Of a stretch of DNA of 64,000 nt, positions 36,952-48,594 are shown piece by piece. A model generated the notes under the pieces. It saw nothing but the letters and a program-made list of their open reading frames with translations, was not told the DNA's origin and did not search any database. Source of the stretch: Octopus sinensis (lineage: Eukaryota); contig NC_043000.1 of NCBI RefSeq assembly GCF_006345805.1, forward strand, positions 3,224,001-3,288,000, given 5' to 3'. The translations under genes and the position numbers were made by a program. The stretch's first letter is position 1. Each line of letters opens with the position of its first letter.

Positions 36952-37025
<74 letters not shown>

Positions 37026-37189
37026 GACAGGCTTCTTTCAGTTTCCATCTACCAAATCCACTCACAAGGCTTTGGTTGGCCCGAGGCTATAGTAGAAGAC
37101 ACTTGCCCAAGGTGCCATGCAGTGGGAATGAACCCAGAACCATGTGGTTAGTAAGCAAACTACTTACCACAAAGCCATTCCTGCACCTG
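36408..37189 (-). mobile_element. SINE family B interrupted in its central (TA)n by a ~285-bp fold-back insert (36680-36964)
   Basis: Tail 36408-36660 and head 37020-37189. Confidence 0.88.
36757..36964. repeat. Near-perfect palindrome: 101-bp arms, 6-nt spacer, one mismatch
   Basis: 36757-36857 versus 36864-36964; the mismatch is 36773/36948. Confidence 0.93.
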
Positions 37190-37299
37190 AAGATGATTAA
37201 TATTTTAATATTTCAAATAATGAAGCTTAAAACAGGAGTATGTAAAGGACATGTGTAAGTAATTTATGATGAAAAAAGAAAGTCAAAGTAAAGCTCATG

Positions 37300-37660
37300 G
37301 ACAGATGGTTAATGGACATTTGGCCAATAAAATAGACATCTGGTTTATGGACATTTGACCAATAGAATAGACATCTTGTTTATGGACATTTGGTGAACAT
37401 GATATTTGACAAAGCAGATTACAGTTCTATATTTAAGAGATGAGGAATTACGTACATTATTTACATTCGACAAATATCCGTCGAATGTAAATAATGTAAG
37501 TAATAAAGGCAGATTACATTGGACATTTCATTGAGAAGACATTCCATTGACGGACATTTGACCAAGCAGACATTTTATTGGACATTTGACTAAGCACACA
37601 TTTCATTGGACATTTGACTAAGCACACATTTCATTGATAGATATTGACCAGGTAGACACG
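37300..37660 (+). repeat. Degenerate ~28-35 bp ggacatttgac minisatellite, interrupted by a hairpin-bearing insert (37420-37500)
   Basis: Repeated ggacatttga/ggacatttgg. A related array lies in the opposite orientation at 41130-41300. Confidence 0.7.
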
Positions 37661-38424
37661 CATTGTCAGTATTAATTTCCCCAAGTTCACATTAATTTAT
37701 GGCTAAAAGTGACATCCTGCTAATCCTATCAATACCTCAAAGCCTACAGTTTCTTGCTTTCTAAAACCATTGGCTGTGTGATGAAACCTTTAATTATGCA
37801 CCATTAGGCTTCCAGTTAAATACTATGCATGTTATGATGGATGAAAACCCTACAATTCCCTTATTATACAGCATCACAAAGAATTAAGGTCCAAGCAAAA
37901 TAGAGTTGGTTTTTAGCACTTCCAACCAAGTAAAACCAGATCTTAATCCTATTTCAGTCACCAATGATTATGAAATAGCATCACAGTATATTCTCCAAAC
38001 ATGAGCCATTTGTGTATGCTTTTCCATTTCAGGCAGTGTTTATAGAGAGAAATGCAAAGATTAAGACTACAGATCTGATACAATTATCCAAGAAATACAT
38101 TTATTATCAATTACATTGCTTTTAGCATTAGTAACTGTCACTGACCACTAAATAAGGAAAGTGATGAACTTGAGTTTTTTGGGTGCTTTTTTTTTTTGCT
38201 ACTTTGAAGTAAAATAAATTAGTATTCTTCAGTATTGATGATGGTGAAGATCACGATTTGATGTCAGCATCTGTTATCTTTCACCTTTTACTTGCTTCAG
38301 TTATGGGACTGTGTCCATGCTGGGGCATTGCTTTGAAGGGTTTAGTCAAATAAATCAACTCCAGTATTTATCTTAATTGTCTTTTTTTGCAAATCTGCTA
38401 AGTTTCAGGGATGTAAAAAAAAAC

Positions 38425-38469
<45 letters not shown>

Positions 38470-38919
38470 GGATTCCCTCATCAGATTCTAGCTTCCACAT
38501 TCACTCATAAGGCTTTTTGCAGCCTGGTGCTATAGCGCAAGACTCTTGCCCAAGATGCTGTGCGGTGGGACTGAACCCAAAACCACATGGTTGTGCCAGA
38601 TTAAAGGGAAACAGCATTTTAGAAGGATGGCATGGAGGCAGGTGAACAGAGAATGGCAATCACACACCCCACAGTTTACTGAATAGTTTAAAAACTGGAA
38701 GATGAAAAAATATTTGTTGGATTGGGAGTTGACAATTTGAGCTAGAAATATCAGGAATGGAATTGAGGAAACTGAAGAAGAACAAATAATTCTTTTCTAC
38801 TCTAGGCACAAGGGCCGAAATTTTTGGGGAAGGGATGGGGCTAGTTGATTAGATCAACCCCAGTATACAAATGGCACTTAATTTATTGACCCCGAAAGGA
38901 TGAAAAGCAAAGTCGACTT

Positions 38920-39446
38920 TGGCGGAATTTGAACTCAGAACGTAATGGCAGACAAAATACCTATTTCTTTACTACCCACAAGGGGCTAAACACAGAGAGA
39001 ACAAGCAAGGACAGACAAAGGGATTAAGTCGATTACATCGACCCCAGTGCGTAACTGGTACTTTATTCATTGACTCTTGGAGGATGAAAGGCAAAGTCGA
39101 CCGCAGCGGAATTTGAACTCAGAACGTAATGGCAGATAAAATGCCGCTAAGCATTTCACCCCACGTGCTAATGATTCTGCCAGCTCGCCGCCTTTTGTAC
39201 TTTCTAATGATGCCAGTGCCCCCAGACTGGCTTCCATGCCAGTGGCTCGTAAAAAGCACCATCCGAACGTGGTCGATACCAGTGCCCCATGACTGGCTCC
39301 TGTGCTGGTCCATGCCAGTGGCTCGTAAAAAGCACCATCCGAACGTGGTCGATACCAGTGCCTCATGACTAGCTCCTGTGCTGGTGGTATGTAAAAAAGC
39401 ACCATCTGAATGTGGCTGATGCCAGTGCCCCCAACTGACTCCCATA
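38920..39446 (-). repeat. Inverted duplicate of 30700-31160 (RTE units, TSD junction and SINE-E)
   Basis: Shares the unique junction ggcatcattagaaagtacaaaaggcgg and the private variant cctccaagagtcaatgaataaagt. Confidence 0.9.
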
Positions 39447-39670
39447 CTGCCCACAAGGGGCTACACACAGAGGGGACAAACAAGGACAGACAAAGGGATT
39501 AAGTCGATTATATTGACCCCAGTGCGTAACTGGTACTTATTTAATCAACCCCGAAAGGATGAAAGGCAAAGTTAACCTTGGCAGAATTTGAACTCAGAAC
39601 ATAAAAACAGACAAAATAGTGCAAAGTATTTCGCCCAGCATGCTAATGCTTCTGCCAGCTCGCTGCCTTA
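39447..39670 (-). mobile_element. SINE family E
   Basis: Family motifs. Confidence 0.8.
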
Positions 39671-40272
39671 AGAAGAACAAGTAATTAAAACACAAGACTG
39701 AAGGGAATCAGTCAGAAATTTTAGAATTCCAAAATAAATTTCTTGAGTGCAATTCCACACAATTTCTAACTTTATTTTATTCTTTTACTGAATGTGGCCA
39801 TACTGGAACACAGCCTTGAAGGGTTTTAGTCAAAATGAATCGGCCCCTAGTCAACTGACTGAAACAAGTAAAAGATAAAGGATAAAAAATAAAATTACAA
39901 AAATGAATACAAAAAAAAAACTAACTAAAAAAGGGCCATACATCCATTGTGCATTGTGGGGACTGGCATGCCAAAGAATAGGCCCAATGTTGCCTCTGCA
40001 TGGCATAAAAGATGACTAAAAGGGGTTGAGGTAGGACCTGCACTCTGACTGTGTAAAAACACTCACCAGCAATGACTACCTAAATAGACCCATGGTTGGA
40101 CTGTTGTCACTTGAGAGGTGCAAAAGCATCATCTACCAAGTGTAGTAGAGAATCACCAACAAATGGTGGATGCAGTGACATGCATCCACCACCACCACCA
40201 CCACCACTACTACTACATATGTGCATTTAGATAAATATTTGTTCAGTTGTAAGTCCATTAGAATGAATATTC

Positions 40273-40656
40273 TCTTTACTCTTTTACTCTTTTACTTGTT
40301 TCAGTCATTTGACTGTGGCCATGCTGGAGCACCGCCTTTAGTCGAGCAAATCGACCCCGGGACTTATTCTTTGTAAGCCCAGTACTTATTCTATCGGTCT
40401 CTTTTGCCGAACCGCTAAGTGACGGGGACGTAAACACACCAGCATCGGTTGTCAAGTAATGCTAGGGGGACAAACACACGCACATATATATATATATATA
40501 CATATATATGACAGGCTTCTTTCAGTTTCCGTCTACCAAATCCACTCACAAGGCATTGGTCGGCCCGAGGCTATAGCAGAAGACACTTGCCCAAGATGCC
40601 ACGCAGTGGGACTGAACCCGGAACCATGTGGTTGGTTAGCAAGCTACTTACCACAC
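40273..40656 (-). mobile_element. SINE family B
   Basis: Near-complete copy. Confidence 0.88.
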
Positions 40657-40899
40657 TAGTTTTGTAAACAAACAATGAGATTGAAAATGAAAAGAAGGGT
40701 TATGGGCCTATGTGCCATATTTTGGGAGTTTTTGCTCCTTCATCAGCACCCATCTAACCCATTAATCCTCCATGAACTCTTTGTCCCCCTCTAACCTTTC
40801 ATTCTCTGATATGAGTTCCCCTCCTCAAATGCCCCTGTCCCTTTCATAATTCCTTGTCTTTCAAATTTGCATATTAAACACATTCCAGAAATGTGTTAA

Positions 40900-41106
40900 C
40901 CCTTTAGCATTCAGGTTACTCTGTCAAATGTAAAACCTGTTTAATTACATTGTTTTAAATTAATTGTACAGCATCTTGTAACTCTGAGATTTTGATGATG
41001 TCCCTGTTTATTTTTAGAATGACTTTGTAGGGTAGGTGTGAGAGGTCAGAGCTGGCTGGTTTGAGCATATAACCGGCCTGATGTGGCCGGTTTAAACACT
41101 AAAGGG
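40900..41106. mobile_element. piggyBac MITE subfamily 2
   Basis: TTAA|ccctttagc ... actaaaggg|TTAA. Confidence 0.82.
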
Positions 41107-41319
41107 TTAAATCAACTTTGTGCTCACTCAGATAAATGTCCATTTGGTTATATGTCCAGTCTATCAACACATTCAGTCAAATGTCAGTCAGTGGAATGTC
41201 CAGTTGATGAAATGACCACTGGGGTGGTGGTGGCTGCTTGATGAAATGTCATTCAATGAAATGTCCATTTAATCCAATGTCCATCAACCAGTCATTTGTC
41301 TAGCCACAGAAGAGACATT

Positions 41320-41327
41320 ATTGATGA

Positions 41328-41361
<34 letters not shown>

Positions 41362-41525
41362 GATGATGATGGTGATGAAAATGTTGACAAATGGTGATAG
41401 TGGTGGTGGTGGTGGTGGTAACAATGATGATGATAATGATGAAGATGTTGACAAATGGTGATAGTGGTGGTGGTGATGGTAACAATGATGATGGTAATGA
41501 TGGTGATGCTGATGATGACAACAAT
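41320..41525. repeat. (GAT)/(GGT) low-complexity tract with an internal ~55-bp duplication
   Basis: aatgttgacaaatggtgatagtggtggtggt / gatgttgacaaatggtgatagtggtggtggt occurs twice. Confidence 0.9.
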
Positions 41526-41931
41526 CACAGTAACGATAGCAATAAAAAATACCATCGGGCAAGAAATAAGAGGCAATGATGAAGAATTACAATATGAATT
41601 CAAGTCTCACTCAAATTCTTTTAACTTCATTTACTTTAGTAATTGTCTTGGGGAAAAGCCTGAATATTAATTATCTTGATGTTTTTTTCCCTCCTTCAAA
41701 ATGTTCATTTTCCTGTGTTGTATCAAAAGTAAGTCATATTACTGTTAACGATGATTAATTATACATTGCTAATAATGAATTTATAAATATATTTTACCTC
41801 AACTCCACATCTTCGGCGATATTCTGAAATGAGAATAAAACAAAACAATGTAATGACACATTTATTTAAAGTATCATTATTGTTCATTCTTGTCTTTGTC
41901 TAACCTTCCTTTACAGAAAACTAGTGATTTA

Positions 41932-42717
41932 TCTCTTATATAAAATCCGTTGTCTGTGTGTGTCTGTGTGTCTTCTCGGATCTCGGGCATCCTCCATCCA
42001 CTGTGCTCAAATTTTATATGTAGATACCAACGGTATCAGGGCATTATAAGGCGGCGAGCTGGCAGAAATGTTAGCACGCCGGGCGAAATGCGTAGCCGTA
42101 TTTCGTCTGTCGTTACGCTGTGAGTTCAAATTCCGCCGAGGTCGACTTTGCCTTTCATCCTTTCGGGGTCAATAAATTAAGTACCAGTTATGCACTGGGG
42201 TCGATGGAATCGACTTAATACCTATGTCTGTCCTTGTTGTCCCATCTATGTTTAGCCCCTTGTGGGTAATAAGGAAATAGGTATCAGTGCATTATAAGTC
42301 TTGAAAAAATTACAAAAATCAATTCCAGGTGAGAATGCGATCGATAAAGCCATGGGAAATCGTTTTTCTTTGGTTGCACAATTGACTATATGGCGCTGAT
42401 AGGAGTTGCATCCCTGAACACCAAGCGTGCATATTTCTTACACAGTTGATCATTTTTCTTTCTTTTTCTTTTTCAACTACTGTTGAATGCCAAACAAATT
42501 TGCCAAACTCAATTTAGTCTATTATATAAAATCTGTTCTGTCTGTCTGTGTGTGTGTCTTCTAGGATCTTGGGCAGCCTCCATCCAATTGCGCTCAAATT
42601 TGATATGTATCAGGGTGTGTATAAGTCTTGAAAATATTACAAAAATCGATTCTAGGTGAGAATGCGATCAATAAAGTCATGGGAACGTGCATTTGTACGC
42701 GCAAGTACATCAGCTGT
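41932..42717 (+). mobile_element. Two tandem non-autonomous Helitron-like copies (41932-42449 and 42518-42717); the first carries a SINE-E (42051-42279)
   Basis: 5' TC(T/C)TTATATAAAATC plus (GTCT/GT)n, shared internal sequence, and 3' tgtac-gcgcaa-gtaca hairpin plus cagctg. The SINE TSD is ggtatcag(g/t)gcattataag (19 bp, 1 mismatch). Confidence 0.6.
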
Positions 42718-42979
42718 TGTGATGTACTTACTGGTACTTCAACGTTTCAGTTGCATATTTTTGTGAATAAAATCGTTTTTCTTTGGAATAGAAAAAAAGT
42801 CTATCTTTATTTCTTCTTTTGCTGGTGTCTCAAATTTAGATTAAATCAGTGTTTCTCAAAGGGGAGGCCTATGGGATGGTCAAACAAGTTGTTTTGAGAA
42901 AATTTGGTTTAAATGTTTGACAACTCAGCACCGTCCATTGGATGGGGGGCATTTTGCTCGTATGTATATATATATATGT

Positions 42980-43655
42980 GCCGGTGGCACATAAAAAGCA
43001 CCATCCGAGTGTGGCCGACGCCAGCACCGCCTCGACTGGCTTCTGTGCCGGTGGCACATAAAAAGCAACAACCGATTGTGGGATCCCAGAACATCTCGCT
43101 GTGCTTGAGGAGACCTGTTGAGTCAAGTGCATGTACATGAACATTGAACCAAATATCAATGGAAACAGTAGTTGTGATACCTGTGCCGGTGACACATAAA
43201 AAGCACCATCCGAACGTGGCCGTTGCCAGTGCAGCCTCCACTGGCTTCTGTGCCGGTGGCACATAAAAAGCACCATCCGAACGTGACCGATGCCAACCCT
43301 GCCTCGAATGGCTTCTGTGCCGGTGGCACATAAAAAGCACCATCCGAACATGGCCGATGCCAGCACCGCCTTGACTGGCTTCTGTGTCGGTGGCACATAA
43401 AAAAAAAAAAAAAGCACCAATCAATCGTGGCCGATGCTAGACCCCTCTGGCACCTGTGCAGGTGGCACGTAAAAAGCACCCACTACACTCGCGGAGTGGT
43501 TGGCGTTAGGAAGGGCATCCAGCTGTAGAAACACTGCCAGATCAGACTGGAGCCTGGGGCAGCCCCTGGCTCCCCAGACCCTGGTCGAACCGTCCAACCC
43601 GTGCTAGCGCGGAAAACGGACATTAAACGATGATGATGATGATGATGATGATGAT
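42980..43655 (+). mobile_element. RTE family-A 3' end with upstream 3'UTR and ~7 units
   Basis: gtgcttgaggagacctgttgagtcaagt segment, tandem units, body and (GAT)n. Confidence 0.85.
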
Positions 43656-43666
43656 CACAGTCTTAG

Positions 43667-43998
43667 TGAAGGCGCATGGCTCAGTGGTAAGAGCCTCGAG
43701 CTTATGACCGTGAGGTTGTGAGTTTGAATCCCGGATCGGGCTGCATGTTGTGTTCTTGAGCAAGACACTTTATTTAGCATTGCTCCAGTTCACTCAGCTG
43801 TAGAAATGTGTTGCGACGTCACTGGTGCCAAGCTGTATCGGCCTTTGTCTTTCCCTTGGATAACACTGGTGGCGTGGAGAGGGGAGGCTGATATGCATGG
43901 GCAGCTGCTGGTCTTCCATAAACAGCCTTGCCCAGACTTGTGTCTAGGAGTGTAACTTTCTAGGTGCAATCCCATGGTCATTCGTGACAGAAGGGTTT
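43667..43998 (+). mobile_element. tRNA-derived CORE-type SINE family D (probably OR2-type)
   Basis: A box tggctcagtggtaag, B box gagtttgaatccc and CORE-like gttgtgttcttgagcaagacacttta. Confidence 0.82.
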
Positions 43999-44334
43999 CT
44001 TCGCAATATATCACACTTGTATGTGTGTGGCCTAGTGGTTAGGGTGTTGCTCTCATGAGCACAAGATCATGGTTTCAATTCCTAGATCAGCAGTGCATTG
44101 TGTTCTTGAGCAAAATACTTCATTTCATTTTGCTGCAAATGGGTACTCCTGTGATGAACTGGAGTTCCATTCAGAGAAAATATCCACCTGCTCACCCTCC
44201 CAGTTGTATGGCATCATTTGAAAAGGTACAACAATACAAGGAAACACATTGTGACCAGTGGTGTATAACTATATTTGATTGTCTGGCTAACCACTACGTC
44301 ATATGCTCATGGGCATATGGCATAATAACATAAT

Positions 44335-44470
44335 AACATCGAAAAATACCTTAGGAATGAGAACCCAGGTTCGAAATTTGCCCAAGATACCTGATGAGGA
44401 AAATATCCGTCAAATGTAAATAATGTAAATCATGTACATAATTCCTCATCTCTTAAATATAGAACTGTAC
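44335..44470 (+). mobile_element. Short repeat fragment (possible Penelope pLTR end) related to the 37420-37500 insert
   Basis: aaatatccgtc.aatgtaaataatgtaa...ataattcctcatctcttaaatatagaactgta is shared with 37420-37500 in inverted form. Confidence 0.5.
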
Positions 44471-45307
44471 CATCATCTAATGTCTTTTGTCCATGTGGCA
44501 TGGGTTGGATGGTGTGACCAGAGCTGGCAAGCTGTGGGTCTGCACCAGTCTCCAGTCTGATTTGGCATGGTTTCTACAGCTGGATGCGCTTCCTGATGCC
44601 AACCACTTTACTGAGTGTGCTAGGTGCTTTTATGTAGCACTACACTTGTGCTCTTACATGACACTGCATGGGCACTTTTATGTGACGCCACATGGGTGCT
44701 TTTACATGTTCCCACATGGATGCTTTTACATGTTCCCACATGGATGCTTTTACGTGGCACCACCATGAGCGCTTTACACAACCAGAAGGATCGGTCTTAA
44801 CATAAATATAAACAAAATTATTGCATTTGATAATGCTATAAAGACTTTTACCTGGTTCTGTTTTATCTTGGCTTTCATGACAACGAGTCCCCTTGGTCTG
44901 GTTTTCAAATACAGGTATTTGCCAAAGCTCATTAGTTTGATGAATGCTCTATTAAACAAAACACAACAATAAAATAATAAAAGGATTACCAAAATATACT
45001 GATAATTCAAAGTAACACACATATTGTCTAATTATTTTGTTGTTTTACTTGTTTCTGCCATCAGACTGTGGCCATGCTACAGCACAACCCTGAAGAATTT
45101 TAATCGAACAAATTAGCCCCAGTACTTATTTTTAAGCCTCCTACTTATTCTATCAGCCTCTTTTGCCAAATTGCTAAGTTATGGGGATGTAAACATCAGT
45201 TCTCAATCAGTGGTGGGAGACACACACAGACACCAAGATACACACACACATACATAATATATATATCTATATATATATATATATATATATCTCTCTCTCT
45301 TTATATA

Positions 45308-45354
<47 letters not shown>

Positions 45355-45366
45355 CATATACATACA

Positions 45367-45402
<36 letters not shown>

Positions 45403-45453
45403 TGTATATACATAAATCAGAAATGGGCAAACAATAAATTCAAAGTAACTCAC

Positions 45454-45686
45454 ATATTTTTGAAGTGATGTGCAGATATTGTATATTTAGAATAATAAGG
45501 TAGTCAGAATGTTGGATGATCATATATATTTTTTAAAATTTATTTTTGATAAATCCGATAATGGAAGAAAGCGCTAAAAATGTAAATAAGATGTAAATAA
45601 ATAATAAAATATATATAATCATCCAACATTCTGACTACCTTATTCTAAATATACAAGTATGCAAGTACGTCACTTCAAAAAATATT
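45454..45686. repeat. Inverted repeat (core arms 45479-45520 / 45618-45656, weaker outer arms) with ~97-bp spacer, after the microsatellite of a SINE-B tail half (45045-45250)
   Basis: ttgtatatttagaata(ata)aggtagtcagaatgttggatgat versus its reverse complement. Confidence 0.85.
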
Positions 45687-45837
45687 ATGTATACAGGGTC
45701 ACCCAAAAAGATTATCAAAGATGGTATGGGCTAATGTTTTGTAAACTATGAGAAAATTTCCCAACTATACTTCTCTGTAGGCAACATTGAAAAACAAGAC
45801 ATTGGATGAATGTGGTAACAATTTCTTTTATCTATTT

Positions 45838-46252
45838 ATTTTTTACTTGTTTCAGTCATTGGATTGTGGCCATGCTGGGTTGTCACCTTGAAGGATTTAG
45901 TCAAACAAATCGATCCCAGTACTTATATTTTAAAATTCGGGACTTATTTATTGGTCTCTTTTGCCAAAACTGCTATTTACAGGGATATAAACAAACCAAC
46001 ACTGATTGTCAAGTGGTGTATATGTGTTTGTGTGTGGGACATATCCAAACACAAAGACACACACAAATATACAAATATATATACATGTATCATAGGCTTC
46101 CACACAGTTTCCATCTACCAAATCCACTCACAAGACATTGGTTGGCCCAGGACTACAGTAGAAGACACTTGCCCAAGGTACTGTGCAGCGGGACTGAACT
46201 CAAAAGCATATGGTTACAAAGCTAGTTCCTTAATCACACAGCCATGCCTGCA
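45838..46252 (-). mobile_element. Older full-length SINE family B
   Basis: Family motifs. Confidence 0.8.
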
Positions 46253-46914
46253 TGTTTACAAAAGAAAATTATATACCTACATTGTACCAAGTAAACCTCC
46301 ACCTAATTCCTGTTAAAATTTAAACTCCCTTATTATATACTCAAACAATTCACACATAAGACTCATTTATGTCTGTTCATTATCCTTTTCGAGAATCTAG
46401 AAATAATTCTGCTATATCCCGTTTCAAAGAATTGCTTAATAATTATTCCTATTTGGATTCTAGATTGCCAACTTTAATTATGAAGTAATTGGCAAAATGG
46501 TAATTCTCTATGTGATAATATATAATCAAATGAAAGATAGAACAGATTAACTATACTGAACAAAGTAATGTTTATTGCAAAGTCTTTCAAATGGGATAAG
46601 TTTTGGCTAAATGAATTACAACTTGGTGAATTTATAACTTCAAACAACAACCAGATTGAGAGAATGCATTCGTTGCAGTTTCACCTTTAGCACTATATTA
46701 TAAGAAGATAATCTGTTGATATTCATTTTATTATGCACAAGCATCTAAAAAGTAAATAAACATCATTATTCTTGAAAGATTTATTTCTCCCTTTTTCTTT
46801 GAATATTTGCTAGTTGAAGAAAGCTTTCTTCTAGCTATTCTACTACAGAAGCCAAACTGATGGAGACACCTCACAGAAATACCCTGTGACTCATTACCAG
46901 CTACCAATGTGGAT

Positions 46915-47105
46915 CATCATCATCATCATCATCATTTAGCGTCCGTTTTCCATGCTAGCATGGGTTGGACGGTTTAACTGGGGTCTGTGAAGCCGGAAGG
47001 CTTCATCAGGCCCAGTCAGATTTGGCAGTGTTTCTACGGCTGGATGCCCTTCCTAACGCCAAGAGGATGCCCTTCCTAATGCCAGGATGCCCTTCCTAAC
47101 GCCAT
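46915..47105 (-). mobile_element. RTE family-A 3' end truncated at a triplicated ggatgcccttcctaacgcca motif
   Basis: Direct reading of 47040-47105. Confidence 0.85.
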
Positions 47106-47399
47106 CATTTTCACAAAACCCACTCAACAGCCCAAAGACACCTCTCAGGAGACCCAGGTCAATCTGAGCAAGATGCTGTTGGTTCTTTTCTGGCAAACTA
47201 TATGACCACTTTGTTGACCATGGCAAGAGGAATTCCAAGGTTCTGTGCAATCTAATGCTAGTTAAGTCCACTATCAGACTGACCCTCAATATTCCCTTTT
47301 TCAAACTCAGTACTTTTGCTTCTAGTGTTTACAACATGGCTAGTTACTATAAACAATTAATAGATCATTCAAGCCAAGTGAAATCATAGTTGTAGCCAA

Positions 47400-47818
47400 T
47401 GTGGTGTCACATAACTGGCACCCATGCCAGTGGCACATAAAACGCACCTTTTGAACACTGGGCCTCATGGAGACAGAGTGGCCGATGTTGATGGCACATG
47501 AAAAATACCTTTTGAGTGTTGGCCTCATGGAAGCTATGACAAATGACCAAGACTTTTGGCCTTATGCTGTGAGAAGAAGATCCATCAAGCCAAATGAAAT
47601 CGTAGTCATAGCAGATACTGGTGTCACACAAATGGCACCTGTGCCAGTGGAACGTAAAAGCACCCATTACAGTCTTGGAGTGGTTGGCATTAGGAAGGGC
47701 ATCCAGATGTAGAAACCATGCCAAATCAGACTAGAGTCTGGTGCAGCATTCCAGGCTGGTCAAACTGTTCAACCCATGCCAGCATGGACAGCAGACGTTA
47801 AATGATGATGATGATGAT
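47400..47818 (+). mobile_element. Old RTE 3' fragment with ORF C-terminus
   Basis: LSVGLMEAMTNDQDFWPYAV followed by the family-A body and (GAT)n. Confidence 0.72.
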
Positions 47819-48514
47819 ACTGAATGAAAAATAACAATACATTAACAAGTTTGAAACAGCAAGTAGTGTCCATACAGATAGAGCATTATAAATTAGGGGT
47901 GGCTATTTACTTTTGAGGTGTTTGTGTATATCATCGAAATGGTACAATGCTAAATTATCTAATTGAACATTAGCTGAATATTATGTTCTGAGAGATGGTG
48001 TACTTTAGTAATGATATTTCAAGATTGTGTCTCAAAATAACAAGGTTATTGTATTTCAGTGTTGAAGTCTATTAAATTGTTTCTTCTTCAATTGACTAGT
48101 GGTACCCATTGTAATGACATTCATGTCATATTATCGTTATATCTTCGATATGTTCAGATGCCATGCTGAGATGTTTCAAAAGCCAAAATAAAATTATCAA
48201 TTCGATCTTAACTGTTTTACTGAATCCATTTCCCATCATTGTAATAAAATTTGTTGCTTTCATTAATTCTTCTTTTTTTATCTAAAATTATAGAACTGAA
48301 TTGTATTATACTTTACTCATGTTTCATAAAGTAGATAACTACAGTATTGCTGTTCATGCTGCAATGTTAGCTAATGTTCTCTCTGACAATTTAAGTAACT
48401 AAGTGATTTTGAAAAATATTTAAGACATTCTATTTTCTAAATGTACCCGCACAAAGACATTAGAAAAAAAAACAAAAATAGCAACAGTTTTCTATGCCAC
48501 CATTCCCAAGATAG

Positions 48515-48594
48515 TCATCTTTTTCTTTCCTTTTTATCTTCTTCTTCATTATTAATACTGTTATTTTCATGGGGGAAAGGAAAATGATAATCTC
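48515..48594 (-). CDS. Putative gene B terminal exon: (G)DYHFPFPHENNSINNEEEDKKERKR*
   Basis: Acceptor ttgttgcactgaacag|GA is phase 1-compatible, followed by unique AT-rich sequence that could be 3'UTR. The acceptor is weak. Confidence 0.4.
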
